A stretch of 55,323 nt of DNA from an uncultured Anaerolineaceae bacterium (GTDB lineage: Bacteria > Chloroflexota > Limnocylindria > Limnocylindrales > CSP1-4): contig CAZSWK010000005.1 in assembly GCA_964610835.1 (NCBI GenBank), positions 1-55,323 on the forward strand, given 5' to 3'. Positions 12,917 through 24,558 of the stretch are shown in pieces (positions within the stretch are counted from its first letter, which is position 1; every line of letters begins with the position of its first letter). The notes below the pieces were generated by a model, which saw only the letters and a program-made list of their open reading frames with translations, searched no databases and was not told the origin of the DNA. Both the position numbers and the translations under genes were made by a program.

Positions 12917-13704
12917 GCGGCCGTGCCGTTTCGCCTCCTGCGCGTCACAGCGCCCAGGAGCAGGACACTACGACCGACCAGCCGCTGGCCGGCAACGTCG
13001 CCGTCGTTACCGGCGCGAGCAGCGGAATCGGGCGGGCCGTCGCTTTCGCGTTGGCCGGGCAGGGAGCTGCAATCTGCCTGGTCGGACGAGATCGGCCGCG
13101 GCTCGAAGAGACTGCCCGGCAGGCCGCGAGCACGTCGCCGCGGACGACCATCGAGCAGGCCGACTTCGAGTCGGATGCGAGCGTGGACGACCTCGCCCGC
13201 CGTCTGGTGGGAAACCTGCCACGGATCGACGTGCTGGTGCACGCAGCGGGTCTCATCCGGATTGGTGCTTTGGCCCAGAGCGACGTCCAGGACCTCGACG
13301 CCCAGTACCGGGTCAACGTGCGTGCGCCGGTCCGGCTGACGCAGGCGCTGCTGCCGATGCTGCGCGCGAGCCAGGGGGACGTCGTTTTCGTGAACTCGAG
13401 CGCCGGTCATCGCGTGGGGCGCGCGAACGGCTTCTACGCCTCAACCAAACACGCGTTACGCGCGCTGGCAGACAACCTGAGGGACGAGGTGAATGAAGAT
13501 GGCGTGCGCGTGACGAGCGTGTATCCCGGGCGCGTTGCCACTCCGCTGCAGCAGCGGCTCAGTGCCATCGAGGGAAGGGAGTACGAACCCGAGAGGCTCC
13601 TGCAACCCGATGACGTGGCCGCAGTCATCCTGGCGGCCATTCGCCTGCCGCGTACCGGGGAGGTGACTGACATCAACATCCGGCCCGCGTTGAAACCACG
13701 GTGA
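12913..13704 (+). CDS. SDR family oxidoreductase
   Basis: VTGASSGIG, NSSAG, YASTK. Confidence 0.88.
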   Translation: MSGRAVSPPARHSAQEQDTTTDQPLAGNVAVVTGASSGIGRAVAFALAGQGAAICLVGRDRPRLEETARQAASTSPRTTIEQADFESDASVDDLARRLVGNLPRIDVLVHAAGLIRIGALAQSDVQDLDAQYRVNVRAPVRLTQALLPMLRASQGDVVFVNSSAGHRVGRANGFYASTKHALRALADNLRDEVNEDGVRVTSVYPGRVATPLQQRLSAIEGREYEPERLLQPDDVAAVILAAIRLPRTGEVTDINIRPALKPR

Positions 13705-13789
13705 AACTATCCGCGACCATCAGCGGCACGCGGCATAGCCGATCGTTTGGCTTTCCTGCACGTCGGCGCCGAGTAAGGTTGACGTCGAG

Positions 13790-14611
13790 ATGAAGGTCGT
13801 GCTGTTCTGCGGGGGCCTGGGAACCCGGATTCGCGACTACTCCGACAGCATTCCCAAGCCCATGGTGCCCATCGGCTACCGACCGATCCTGTGGCACCTG
13901 ATGAAGTACTACGCGCACTTTGGCCACCGCGACTTCATCCTCTGCCTGGGTTACCGCGGCGACGTGATCAAGAAGTATTTCCTCGAGTACGAGGAAACCC
14001 TGACGAACGACTTCTCCCTGTCCGACGGCGGTCGCTCGATCGAGCTCTACAGCCGCGACATGGACGATTGGCGCATCACCTTCGTCGAGACCGGGCTGCA
14101 TTCCAACATCGGCCAGCGACTCAAGGCCGTTGAGGGCTACCTGGGCGACGACGAGATGTTCCTGGCGAACTATGCCGACGGGCTGACCGACATGGATCTG
14201 AACGAGTACCTCCACGCGTTCCGGCAACACAAGTGCGTGGCCAGCTTCCTGTGCGTGCGTCCCAGCCAGACGTTCCACATTGTCTCGACCGACGATGGCG
14301 GCATCGTGCGTGACATTCGCCACGTCTCGAAGGCCGACTTCTGGATCAATGGCGGCTTTTTCGCGTTCCAGCGGAACATCTTCGACTACATCCGCGATGG
14401 CGAGGACCTGGTGGATGAGCCGTTCCAGCGCCTGATCGCGGAAGATCGCCTGCTCGCGTATCGCGCGCCCGCCTGGTGGCAGTGCATGGACACGTTCCGC
14501 GACCGCGAGGCCCTCGAGGACCTCTACTCGCTCGGCGACCCGCCGTGGGAGGTGTGGAAGGGCCCGCGCGGGCAGAAGCCACGGCCGGTTTCTTCGGACG
14601 CGGGCGGCTAG
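13790..14611 (+). CDS. rfbF: Glucose-1-phosphate cytidylyltransferase family nucleotidyltransferase
   Basis: LFCGGLGTR, PKPMV, CLGYRG, NYADG, INGGFF, WQCMDTFRD. Confidence 0.85.
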   Translation: MKVVLFCGGLGTRIRDYSDSIPKPMVPIGYRPILWHLMKYYAHFGHRDFILCLGYRGDVIKKYFLEYEETLTNDFSLSDGGRSIELYSRDMDDWRITFVETGLHSNIGQRLKAVEGYLGDDEMFLANYADGLTDMDLNEYLHAFRQHKCVASFLCVRPSQTFHIVSTDDGGIVRDIRHVSKADFWINGGFFAFQRNIFDYIRDGEDLVDEPFQRLIAEDRLLAYRAPAWWQCMDTFRDREALEDLYSLGDPPWEVWKGPRGQKPRPVSSDAGG

Positions 14612-14613
14612 CC

Positions 14614-15270
14614 ATGCTCACCTTCGACCTGGGCCACGCGCGGCCGCCGCTGGCGCACGTGCTGTGCCTTGGTGCGCACGCCGACGACATCGAGATCGGC
14701 TGTGGCGGCACACTACTTGCGCTGCTCGCCGCGCACCCTTCGCTGTCGGTGACCTGGGTCGTCTTCAGCGCCTCCGGGGAGCGAGCGGACGAGGCGCGGC
14801 AGAGCGCAGCGAGCTTCCTGGCGGGTGCCGGCAGCCGCACGGTGCACATCCACGAGTTCCGCGATGGCTTCTTCCCGCATGAATGGCCGCGCATCAAGGA
14901 GACGTTTGAGCAACTCAAGGCCGAACTCGCGCCGGACCTGGTATTCACCCACTACGGCGATGACCGTCACCAGGATCACCGGGCGCTTGCCGAGCTGACC
15001 TGGAATACCTTCCGTGACCATCTTGTGCTCGAGTACGAGATCCCCAAGTACGACGGCGACATGGGCTCGCCGAACGTGTTCGTCCCGCTCGACGAGACGT
15101 TCGTCAGCCGCAAGATCGAAGCGCTCATGGCGCACTTTGCGAGCCAGCGCGCGAAGCGCTGGTTCACGGAGGACCTGTTCCGAGCGCTGATGCGGCTGCG
15201 CGGTATGGAGTGCAATGCGGCTACCGGCCACGCCGAGGCCTTCTACGCGCGCAAGCTGGTGCTCGGCTAG
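14614..15270 (+). CDS. PIG-L/LmbE family deacetylase
   Basis: GAHADDIEIGCGG, HQDH, YEIPKYDGD. Confidence 0.88.
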   Translation: MLTFDLGHARPPLAHVLCLGAHADDIEIGCGGTLLALLAAHPSLSVTWVVFSASGERADEARQSAASFLAGAGSRTVHIHEFRDGFFPHEWPRIKETFEQLKAELAPDLVFTHYGDDRHQDHRALAELTWNTFRDHLVLEYEIPKYDGDMGSPNVFVPLDETFVSRKIEALMAHFASQRAKRWFTEDLFRALMRLRGMECNAATGHAEAFYARKLVLG

Positions 15271-15288
15271 GCGACATATCCTCACCGC

Positions 15289-17103
15289 GTGGCAATACCG
15301 CAGGCGCGCATCCGCAACTTCTCGATCATCGCCCACGTCGACCACGGCAAGTCCACGCTCGCCGACCGCCTGCTCGAGCTGACACACACCATCGACGCGC
15401 GGCAGATGACCAGCCAGGTGCTCGATTCGATGGAGCTCGAGCGTGAGCACGGCATCACCATCAAGGCACGTGCCGTGCGCCTCGAATACGACGCGCAAGA
15501 CGGCCAGCGCTACGGGCTGAACCTGATCGACACCCCCGGCCACGTCGACTTCTCGTACGAGGTCAGCCGCAGCCTGCAGGCATGTGACGGCGCGATCCTG
15601 GTCGTCGACGCCGCCCAGGGCATCGAGGCACAGACGCTGGCCAACGTCCATCTGGCACTTGCCCAGGGCCTGATCATCGTGCCCGTGATCAACAAGATCG
15701 ACCTTCCCTCGGCACAGCCGCAGGTCGTCATCGAGGAGCTGGAGAGTGTGCTGGCCATCCCGCGCGAGGAGGTGGTCCTGGTATCGGCCAAGGACGGCAC
15801 CGGAGTGCCGGACGTGCTGGAGGCCATCGTCACGCGCATCCCGCCACCGAAGGGCGATCCCGACGCGCCGCTCCAGGGCCTGATCTTCGACTCGCATTAC
15901 GACTCCTACAAGGGCGTTGTCGCCTATGTCCGACTCTTCGCGGGCCGGCTGCGCCAGCACGAACAGGTGCGACTGATGGCCTCGGGCGCGCAGAGCGAGA
16001 TCCTCGAGCTGGGTGTCTTCCGCCCCCAGCAGGTGCCCGTGTCCGAGCTCGTGGCGGGCGAGGTCGGCTACGTGGCCACCGGCTTGAAGAGCGTGCGCGA
16101 CTGCCAGGTGGGCGACACGCTGAGCAGTGCCGAGCGACCCGCGGAACACCCGCTGCCCGGCTACAAACCCGCCAAGCCACTGGTGTTCGCAGGCATCTAC
16201 CCGGTTCTCGGCGAGCAGTACCCGGAGTTGCGCGATGCCCTCGAGAAGCTCCACCTGAACGATGCCTCGATCACTTTCCAGCCGGAAACCTCGGTTGCCC
16301 TGGGGACCGGATTCCGCTGCGGCTTCCTGGGCCTGCTGCACATGGAGATCGTCCAGGAACGGCTAGAGCGCGAGTTCGACCTGGACCTGATCGCCTCGGC
16401 GCCGTCGGTCGAGTACGAGGTCACGCTGCTGGCCGGGCGCGGGCGGGTGAAGGTCGACAATCCGGCACGCCTCCCGCCGGCCGGCGAGTTCGAGTCGATT
16501 GCCGAGCCGTGGGTCAAGGCGAGTGTGGTGACCCCGGGCCGCTACATTGGCACGCTGATCGAGCTCGCAACCGGCCGGCGCGGCACGTTCCAAACGATGG
16601 AGTATCTCGATCCCGACCGCGTGCTGCTCACCTTCGAGCTGCCCCTCGCCGAGGTGATCGTCGACTTCTACGATCAGCTCAAGAGTCGCAGTCAGGGCTA
16701 CGCCTCGCTCGACTACGAGGAGGTCGGCTACCGGCCGGGCGACCTGGTCAAGCTGGACGTGCTGGTTGCCGGCGAGCCGGTCGATGCCCTGTCGCTGATC
16801 ACTCATCGCTCGCGTGCGCAGGGGGAGGGCAGGGCGCTCGTCGAGCGGCTCAAGCAGCTCATCCCGCGACAGATGTTCGAGGTGCCGCTACAGGCGGCTA
16901 TTGGCTCGAACGTGATCGCCCGCGAAACTATCCGCGCCATGCGCAAGAACGTCCTGGCCAAGTGTTACGGCGGCGACGTGACGCGCAAGCGCAAGCTGCT
17001 TGAGAAGCAGCGGGCGGGCAAGGCGCGTATGAAGCGCGTCGGCAGCGTCGAGATTCCGCAGGAGGCCTTCCTGGCCGTGCTGCGCTCGAGCGAGGTCGGC
17101 TAG
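15289..17103 (+). CDS. lepA: Translation elongation factor 4 (LepA)
   Basis: [44 protein letters not shown]. Confidence 0.98.
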   Translation: MAIPQARIRNFSIIAHVDHGKSTLADRLLELTHTIDARQMTSQVLDSMELEREHGITIKARAVRLEYDAQDGQRYGLNLIDTPGHVDFSYEVSRSLQACDGAILVVDAAQGIEAQTLANVHLALAQGLIIVPVINKIDLPSAQPQVVIEELESVLAIPREEVVLVSAKDGTGVPDVLEAIVTRIPPPKGDPDAPLQGLIFDSHYDSYKGVVAYVRLFAGRLRQHEQVRLMASGAQSEILELGVFRPQQVPVSELVAGEVGYVATGLKSVRDCQVGDTLSSAERPAEHPLPGYKPAKPLVFAGIYPVLGEQYPELRDALEKLHLNDASITFQPETSVALGTGFRCGFLGLLHMEIVQERLEREFDLDLIASAPSVEYEVTLLAGRGRVKVDNPARLPPAGEFESIAEPWVKASVVTPGRYIGTLIELATGRRGTFQTMEYLDPDRVLLTFELPLAEVIVDFYDQLKSRSQGYASLDYEEVGYRPGDLVKLDVLVAGEPVDALSLITHRSRAQGEGRALVERLKQLIPRQMFEVPLQAAIGSNVIARETIRAMRKNVLAKCYGGDVTRKRKLLEKQRAGKARMKRVGSVEIPQEAFLAVLRSSEVG

Positions 17104-17106
17104 CCC

Positions 17107-17883
17107 ATGGCCGACCCGCTGGCGACGCTGGTCCTGCTCGGCGCCGTGGCGCTGCTCATCCTGCTGCGCCTGGACGCGCGCCGTTTTGGGGCGGCCGAGT
17201 ACGACGATGAGGAAGCGCCCGGCGGCGTTGGAGCGTGGGCACGCCGACTGTCCTGGTATCTGTTCGGGTTGCTGCTCATCGTCCTGGTGTACTTCCTGTA
17301 TCCGCAGCCCCTGACGGTCCTCCACCTGCAGGTTGGCGACGCACGTGGGACGGCCCTGCTCGCCGGCCTGGCCCTGGGCACCATCGGCACTGCGGCCGCC
17401 TTCGCTTACGCCTGGCTGCATCTTGGCGGGGCGCAGCTGCCCAGCGCGCGACGGTATCCGGCGGGCCTGCTGAACAGTGTCCTGACCGCGTTCATCGACG
17501 AGGCTGCCTTCCGCGGCATCGTGCTCGGACTGCTGCTGGCAGCCGAATGGCCGACCGACCTGGCGATCGTCTTTCAGGCGGTGCTCTACACGCTGGCGAC
17601 GCGCATCGCGGCAACCGGCCGGCCACGCGGGCCGATGTTCATGACCCTTGGTCTGGGTCTGGTCGCGGGCTGGCTGACCGTGCAGACCGCCGGCATCGGC
17701 GCTGCGTTGCTGGGCCATGGCCTGACGCGCCTGGCGGTCTTCGTTTCGACGGGCCACGCGGGGGCGATGCGCACATCGCCCGCGCAGGAGGAGGCCCGGC
17801 TGGCCGAGCCCGCGGCGCTGGCGCCGGCTGGCTGGGAGGTCGTCCCCGATCACGAGCCGAGCCTCCCGCAGGCGCCGCATTGA
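17107..17883 (+). CDS. CPBP/Abi (CAAX-protease-like) membrane protein with degenerate motifs
   Basis: Multi-TM; IDEAAFRG resembles EExxFRG; late His in LLGHG. Confidence 0.65.
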   Translation: MADPLATLVLLGAVALLILLRLDARRFGAAEYDDEEAPGGVGAWARRLSWYLFGLLLIVLVYFLYPQPLTVLHLQVGDARGTALLAGLALGTIGTAAAFAYAWLHLGGAQLPSARRYPAGLLNSVLTAFIDEAAFRGIVLGLLLAAEWPTDLAIVFQAVLYTLATRIAATGRPRGPMFMTLGLGLVAGWLTVQTAGIGAALLGHGLTRLAVFVSTGHAGAMRTSPAQEEARLAEPAALAPAGWEVVPDHEPSLPQAPH

Positions 17884-19058
17884 GATTCACGCCCGCGGGC
17901 CTGTACATCCACTTGCCGTTCTGCCTGTCGATCTGCCCGTACTGCGACTTCGTCGTCTACGCCGGCCACGCCGCACGTGGCCCCGGCAATGGCATCGCTC
18001 GCCTCGTCGATGCGCTCGTCACCGAAATCACTTTGCGCGGCCGGCGATCGAGCTTGGCCAGCGTCTATCTCGGGGGCGGAACCCCGGCGTTGCTGTCGGC
18101 GGGCCAGGTCGCCCGCCTGCTGGCGGCCGCGGACGGGGCGTTCGGCCTGGCCCGCGATGCAGAAGTGACGATCGAGGTCAATCCAGGGCCCCAAGAGCAC
18201 GGCGACCTGGCCGGCTTCCGGGCTGCCGGTGTGAATCGCGTCAGCGTGGGCGCCCAGAGCTTCGATGCCGGGCAACTGCGCCGGCTCGGTCGCAGACACA
18301 CTCCTGACGACAACCGTGCGGCTGTCGCGCTGGCGCGCTTGGCCGGCTTCGACAACGTCAGCCTGGACCTGCTCTACGACGTGCCGGGGCAGACGCTCGA
18401 TTCCTGGCGTGCCACGCTGCACGCCGCCCTGAGCCTGCCACTCGACCATGTGTCGGCCTATTCGCTGACGCTCGACGACCCCGACGCCGAGGGCCTGACC
18501 GGCCCGCGCGGCGATCACCTGCCCGTGCGGCACGGAGCGCGGCAGTGGCGCGCGCGAGCTCGGGCCGAACAGGATCCCGACCGTGCGGCGGCCATGTACG
18601 AGCTGGCCGAGGATGAGCTCGCGCGCGCCGGGCTGCACTGGTACGAGATCTCCAACTGGGCACGGCCCGGCAGGGAGAGCCGCCACAACCTCGCCTACTG
18701 GCAGGGCCGGGCATGGGAGGCGGTGGGACCGGGCGCCCATCGCTACGACGGCGTCCGCACCCGCAGCTGGAATGCAGCGCGCCTGGCCGGCTACCTGGCC
18801 GCGCTCGAGTCCGGCCACCTGCCACCCGGTGGCCGGGAGGTGAGTGACGCGGGCACCGCGCGTGCCGAGCTGGCGATGCTTCGTTTGCGCACCGCCGCGG
18901 GGCTGTCGGCCCGATTGGCGCGCCGGGCCGATCTGGCACCCGCACTGCGCTGGGCGCGCGGCAACGGACTGATCGAGGACGCACCTGACCTCGTCCGCCT
19001 GTCGCTGCGCGGAAGACTGCTGGCCAACGAGATCATGGGGCGCCTGTTGCCCACGTGA
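17880..19058 (+). CDS. hemW: Radical SAM heme chaperone HemW (HemN-like)
   Basis: YIHLPFCLSICPYCDF (CxxxCxxC), YLGGGTP, RVSVGAQS, YEISNW, HNLAYW; TTGA overlap with upstream gene; lepA-hemW-hrcA synteny. Confidence 0.9.
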   Translation: MRFTPAGLYIHLPFCLSICPYCDFVVYAGHAARGPGNGIARLVDALVTEITLRGRRSSLASVYLGGGTPALLSAGQVARLLAAADGAFGLARDAEVTIEVNPGPQEHGDLAGFRAAGVNRVSVGAQSFDAGQLRRLGRRHTPDDNRAAVALARLAGFDNVSLDLLYDVPGQTLDSWRATLHAALSLPLDHVSAYSLTLDDPDAEGLTGPRGDHLPVRHGARQWRARARAEQDPDRAAAMYELAEDELARAGLHWYEISNWARPGRESRHNLAYWQGRAWEAVGPGAHRYDGVRTRSWNAARLAGYLAALESGHLPPGGREVSDAGTARAELAMLRLRTAAGLSARLARRADLAPALRWARGNGLIEDAPDLVRLSLRGRLLANEIMGRLLPT

Positions 19059-19203
19059 TCGCGCACGCGGCCGGCCGGGGTCCAGCCCCCGGGACGAAGT
19101 CTGCAGTGTCGCTAAGGTAAGCGTCTCGCCACGTGGTGGTCATGCCGTGGACGCCACGCCGAGGCCGTGTTAACCGTGCGAGGCCGCGTTGAGGCAGGTG
19201 GAT

Positions 19204-20301
19204 ATGACGCGCAATTCGATGACCAGTCGCCCGCTCGTTCTTGCCGTGGTGCTGCTCCTGACCACGCTGCTGTCCCCTCCGGCAGCCGCGGCGAGCCGGC
19301 CCCCTCTGGGGCCGCCGACGCCTCCGCGGTCCGCGTTCGGGTCGCCGCTCGACGTTGCCGGTGGATCGGTTTCGCCGGGATCCGTGTCGGCCGTCGCCGG
19401 CGGGTACTTTCCCGGCGGCCTGCTCATCGCCGACCGGCGCAACCGACGGCTGATCGTGGTCGACGATGCCGGAAATATCCTGTGGCGCTTCCCGGCCAGC
19501 GGCAGCCAGCCGCTGGCCCAGACATTCGCCGCCGACGACGCGTTCGTCTCCCCCGATGGCAAGTCGATCGTCGCCAGCGAGGAGGGGAAGCAGGTCATCG
19601 TGCGCATCGACATAGCCACGCAACAGATCGTCTGGGAGTACGGCACCTATGGCGTGGCGGGCTCCGGCCCCGGCCAGCTATCGCACCCCGATGATGCGTA
19701 CCCACTGGCCAACGGCAACATCCTGGTCGCCGACATCCGCAATTGCCGCATCCTCGAGATCGCGCCGAGCAAGGACATCGTGCAGCAGTGGGGAACCACC
19801 GGCGTGTGCAAAGACCAGCCGCCCACCTACCTCGGGCATCCGAACGGAGACACGCCGCTGCCCGACGGGGGCATGCTGGTGACCGAGATCAACCGGTCGC
19901 GCGTGGTGCGCCTGTCCGCCACCGGTGACGTGGTATTCGACATACACGTCCCCGTGCATTACCCCTCGGACGCGCAGTTGATGCCCAACGGCGACGTCCT
20001 GGTGGTCGACTGGTACAGACCCGGGGCGATTGTGATCGTCGACCCCACAACGGACGCGGTCGTGTTTCGCTACCGGCGCCGCCGGGGCCCCGGCCGGCTC
20101 AATCATCCGAGCATCGCCCTGCCGCTGGCCAACGGCATGATTGTCGTGAGCGACGACCAGCGAGATCGGGTCGTGGTCATCGACCCGGCCACCAAGCGGA
20201 TCGTGTGGCAGTACGGCCACACGGGTCAGCCTTCCGCGGCCGACGGCTACCTCTACGTGCCCGACGGGCTCGACGTCCTGCCGCCCGGCATCTTCCAGTA
20301 G
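19204..20301 (+). CDS. Secreted beta-propeller repeat protein (PQQ/NHL-like)
   Basis: Signal peptide; repeats P.DA..L.NG..LV.D and 'IVW.YG..G'; start codon uncertain (19189/19204/19219). Confidence 0.75.
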   Translation: MTRNSMTSRPLVLAVVLLLTTLLSPPAAAASRPPLGPPTPPRSAFGSPLDVAGGSVSPGSVSAVAGGYFPGGLLIADRRNRRLIVVDDAGNILWRFPASGSQPLAQTFAADDAFVSPDGKSIVASEEGKQVIVRIDIATQQIVWEYGTYGVAGSGPGQLSHPDDAYPLANGNILVADIRNCRILEIAPSKDIVQQWGTTGVCKDQPPTYLGHPNGDTPLPDGGMLVTEINRSRVVRLSATGDVVFDIHVPVHYPSDAQLMPNGDVLVVDWYRPGAIVIVDPTTDAVVFRYRRRRGPGRLNHPSIALPLANGMIVVSDDQRDRVVVIDPATKRIVWQYGHTGQPSAADGYLYVPDGLDVLPPGIFQ

Positions 20302-20331
20302 GAGCAGTCGGTCGGCCTGCCCGCGCCCTCG

Positions 20332-20360
20332 TTGACCAGTCGAGCCTCGACTGCTACCAT
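20332..20360 (+). promoter_or_regulatory. Sigma70-type promoter of the hrcA-grpE-dnaK operon
   Basis: TTGACC, 17-nt spacer, TACCAT, directly upstream of CIRCE. Confidence 0.8.
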
Positions 20361-20373
20361 CGGCTCCACGGCG

Positions 20374-20400
20374 TTAGCACTCCGGCTGGGAGAGTGCTAA
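20374..20400. promoter_or_regulatory. CIRCE operator (HrcA binding site)
   Basis: TTAGCACTC-cggctggga-GAGTGCTAA, exact 9-9-9 consensus. Confidence 0.98.
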
Positions 20401-20425
20401 CCAACCCGCACACGAAGTGAGGCTG

Positions 20426-21490
20426 ATGGCGCGTCGCAAGGATCGACCTGCCGGCCCGCTGGACCCCCGTTCTCAGGCGATCCTGCGGGCAGTGATCGAG
20501 GAATATGTCGCATCCGCCGAGCCGGTCGGCAGCCAGGCGCTGGTCGACCGCTATCGGTTCGATGTCAGTTCGGCCACGGTGCGCAACGTGATGGCCGAGT
20601 TGGAGCTGGCCGGCTATCTGACCCATCCGCACACGTCCGCCGGCCGTGTGCCGACCGACGCGGGCTACCGACTGTACGTCGAGGCCATCGCGCCGCGGAT
20701 GAACATCGCGCCGGTCGAGCGCCTGATGATTCGCCACCAGTTCGGACAGGTCGAGTTTGCCAGCGAGCAATGGTTCCGGCTGGCGGCAACGACGATCGCC
20801 GGACTGACGCACGGCGCCGGCTTGGCCACGCCGGCCAAGCCACGCGCCTGCCGCCTGCGCCACCTCGACCTGGTGGCCACCAGCCCGAGTACGGCAAGCC
20901 TGGTGGTGGTGCTCGCCGAGGGCGCGGTCAAGCAGGAACTCGTGCCGCTCGATGACGGCTATGACCAGGGTGAGCTGGATGACGTTTCGCGCTTGCTCAA
21001 CGAGCATCTCGACGGTTGCTCGGCGCGGCAGATTGCCCGCCGCGTCGGAGAGCTCGAAGACGATGCGGGGGCACCGGCGCTGGCCGTACGCGTCGCGCAG
21101 CGGGTTGCGCACATCCTGCATGAAACGGACGCGGCGACCGTCGAGGACATCTTCTCCGACGGGCTGCTGAACGTGATGGACGAGCCCGAGTTCGAGCAAA
21201 GCGAGAAGCTCCGCCGCGTGTTCGGTGTGCTCCAGAACCGTGATTACCTGGGCTCGCTGGTGCGGCAGCTTGCCAGTGCAACCGACGTCCAGGTGCTCAT
21301 CGGGGCGGAGAACGAGCCACCGGAGATGCACGACGTTTCGCTCGTCCTCGCCTCGTACGGCCACCCCGGCCGGGCCGTGGGCGTGGTGGGCGTGCTGGGC
21401 CCGACGCGGATGGCCTACCCGCAGGCCATCGGGACCGTTCGCTACGTGAGCGGGCTGATGAATGAACTCGTGGAGCAGCTGTATCGATGA
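20426..21490 (+). CDS. hrcA: Heat-inducible transcription repressor HrcA
   Basis: EPVGS, SSATVRNVM, HPHTSAGRVPT, GVLGPTRM; downstream of CIRCE. Confidence 0.97.
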   Translation: MARRKDRPAGPLDPRSQAILRAVIEEYVASAEPVGSQALVDRYRFDVSSATVRNVMAELELAGYLTHPHTSAGRVPTDAGYRLYVEAIAPRMNIAPVERLMIRHQFGQVEFASEQWFRLAATTIAGLTHGAGLATPAKPRACRLRHLDLVATSPSTASLVVVLAEGAVKQELVPLDDGYDQGELDDVSRLLNEHLDGCSARQIARRVGELEDDAGAPALAVRVAQRVAHILHETDAATVEDIFSDGLLNVMDEPEFEQSEKLRRVFGVLQNRDYLGSLVRQLASATDVQVLIGAENEPPEMHDVSLVLASYGHPGRAVGVVGVLGPTRMAYPQAIGTVRYVSGLMNELVEQLYR

Positions 21491-22071
21491 CCGAACACCG
21501 GCGCCGGACGCGCGCGGAGGAGCGCATAGCAGGACTCGACGTATCGCCACAGAAATTGGCAGCAGAGGTCGAGGAGATGCGCGCGCAACTTGCCGAGGCG
21601 CAGCAGGAGGCTGCCGAGAGCAAGGCGGGCTGGCAGCGAATTGCGGCCGATTTCGCCAACTTTCGCCGGCGCACCGAGCAGGACCGCGAGCAAACGCTCG
21701 GACTGGCGAGCGAGGCGCTGCTGGCCAAGCTGCTGACCATCGTCGACGACTTCGACCGCGCCCTGGCGAACATGCCCGCCGAGACCCAGCATGCTGCCTG
21801 GCTCGATGGCATCGTCGCCATCGATCGCAAGCTGCGCCAGCTGCTCGACTCGGAGGGCCTGACGCCGATCGACGCGCTCGGCCAGCCGTTCAATCCACAT
21901 GAGCACGAAGCGGTCGTGCAGGAGGAGACGACCAACGTGCCGGAAGGCACGGTGACGGCGGAGCTCCAGCGCGGTTACCGCATCAGGGACCGGGTCCTGC
22001 GGCCAGCCATGGTCGCCGTGGCCAAGAGTCCCGGCCACTCGAACCCAACCAATCCCGGAGGAACGAACTGA
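21487..22071 (+). CDS. grpE: Nucleotide exchange factor GrpE
   Basis: [33 protein letters not shown]. Confidence 0.96.
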   Translation: MTEHRRRTRAEERIAGLDVSPQKLAAEVEEMRAQLAEAQQEAAESKAGWQRIAADFANFRRRTEQDREQTLGLASEALLAKLLTIVDDFDRALANMPAETQHAAWLDGIVAIDRKLRQLLDSEGLTPIDALGQPFNPHEHEAVVQEETTNVPEGTVTAELQRGYRIRDRVLRPAMVAVAKSPGHSNPTNPGGTN

Positions 22072-22073
22072 CA

Positions 22074-24002
<1,929 letters not shown>

Positions 24003-24005
<3 letters not shown>

Positions 24006-24320
24006 CCGCACTCAGCGGCGGGTCCTGCCGGCGGGTGTCGGCCGAGGCTCGGGCCTGCCGCTGCGCGTCCTGACGGCCACTCGCCCCGGCGCGGCCACTC
24101 GCCGTCACCCGCCGCGCCCACGGCCGCATGCCGCGCCAGGTGCGGCAGTGAGCCGGGAATCGCATTATTCGGCCGTCGGAGCCGGCCGCGCGGTGCCCTT
24201 TCCTGCCGATTTCGCATCAGGCGCGTGCTTCTGGCCGCAGCTGGCCAGTGATCCGCCTGGCCGGGGAAGTGCCGTTCGCCGATTGGCGCTCAGTGACCGC
24301 ACCGGGTGCGGAATCGGGGT
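24003..24320. repeat. Palindromic intergenic repeat, copy A
   Basis: Shares with copy B: AGCGGCGGGTCCTGCC (24014-24029), a 36-nt block 24128-24163 (34/36 identical) and a 37-nt block 24283-24319 (32/37) containing the palindrome CCGCACC-N-GGTGCGG. Confidence 0.8.
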
Positions 24321-24558
24321 CGGAGTCGCGTGGGCCGCGGTTATGGCCCGGGTAAAGCGACTTAACCCAGGCGCTGGTTTCTTCATCAACCTCTCAGCGG
24401 GCTCATAACCGACCGCCCATATGGTCATCCCCGGCACGCGTCGGGGAGACGGCGCGGCCACCCAGCAGGGGTTCGCGCCAGGGGAGCTGAGCTACGCCGG
24501 AGGGCAGAGCCGGCGTACCGGGGGCGGCGGCCCGCGGCGTGACCCGAGGAGGTGGGTC

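Noticed and set aside
17235-17879. 607-aa HemW starting at 17235
   Set aside because: The extension overlaps the CPBP-like gene out of frame and is low complexity; HemW homology begins at about 17880.
19090-19102. GGGACGAAG as a guanidine-II (mini-ykkC) loop
   Set aside because: The flanks do not pair and there is no second ACGA hairpin.
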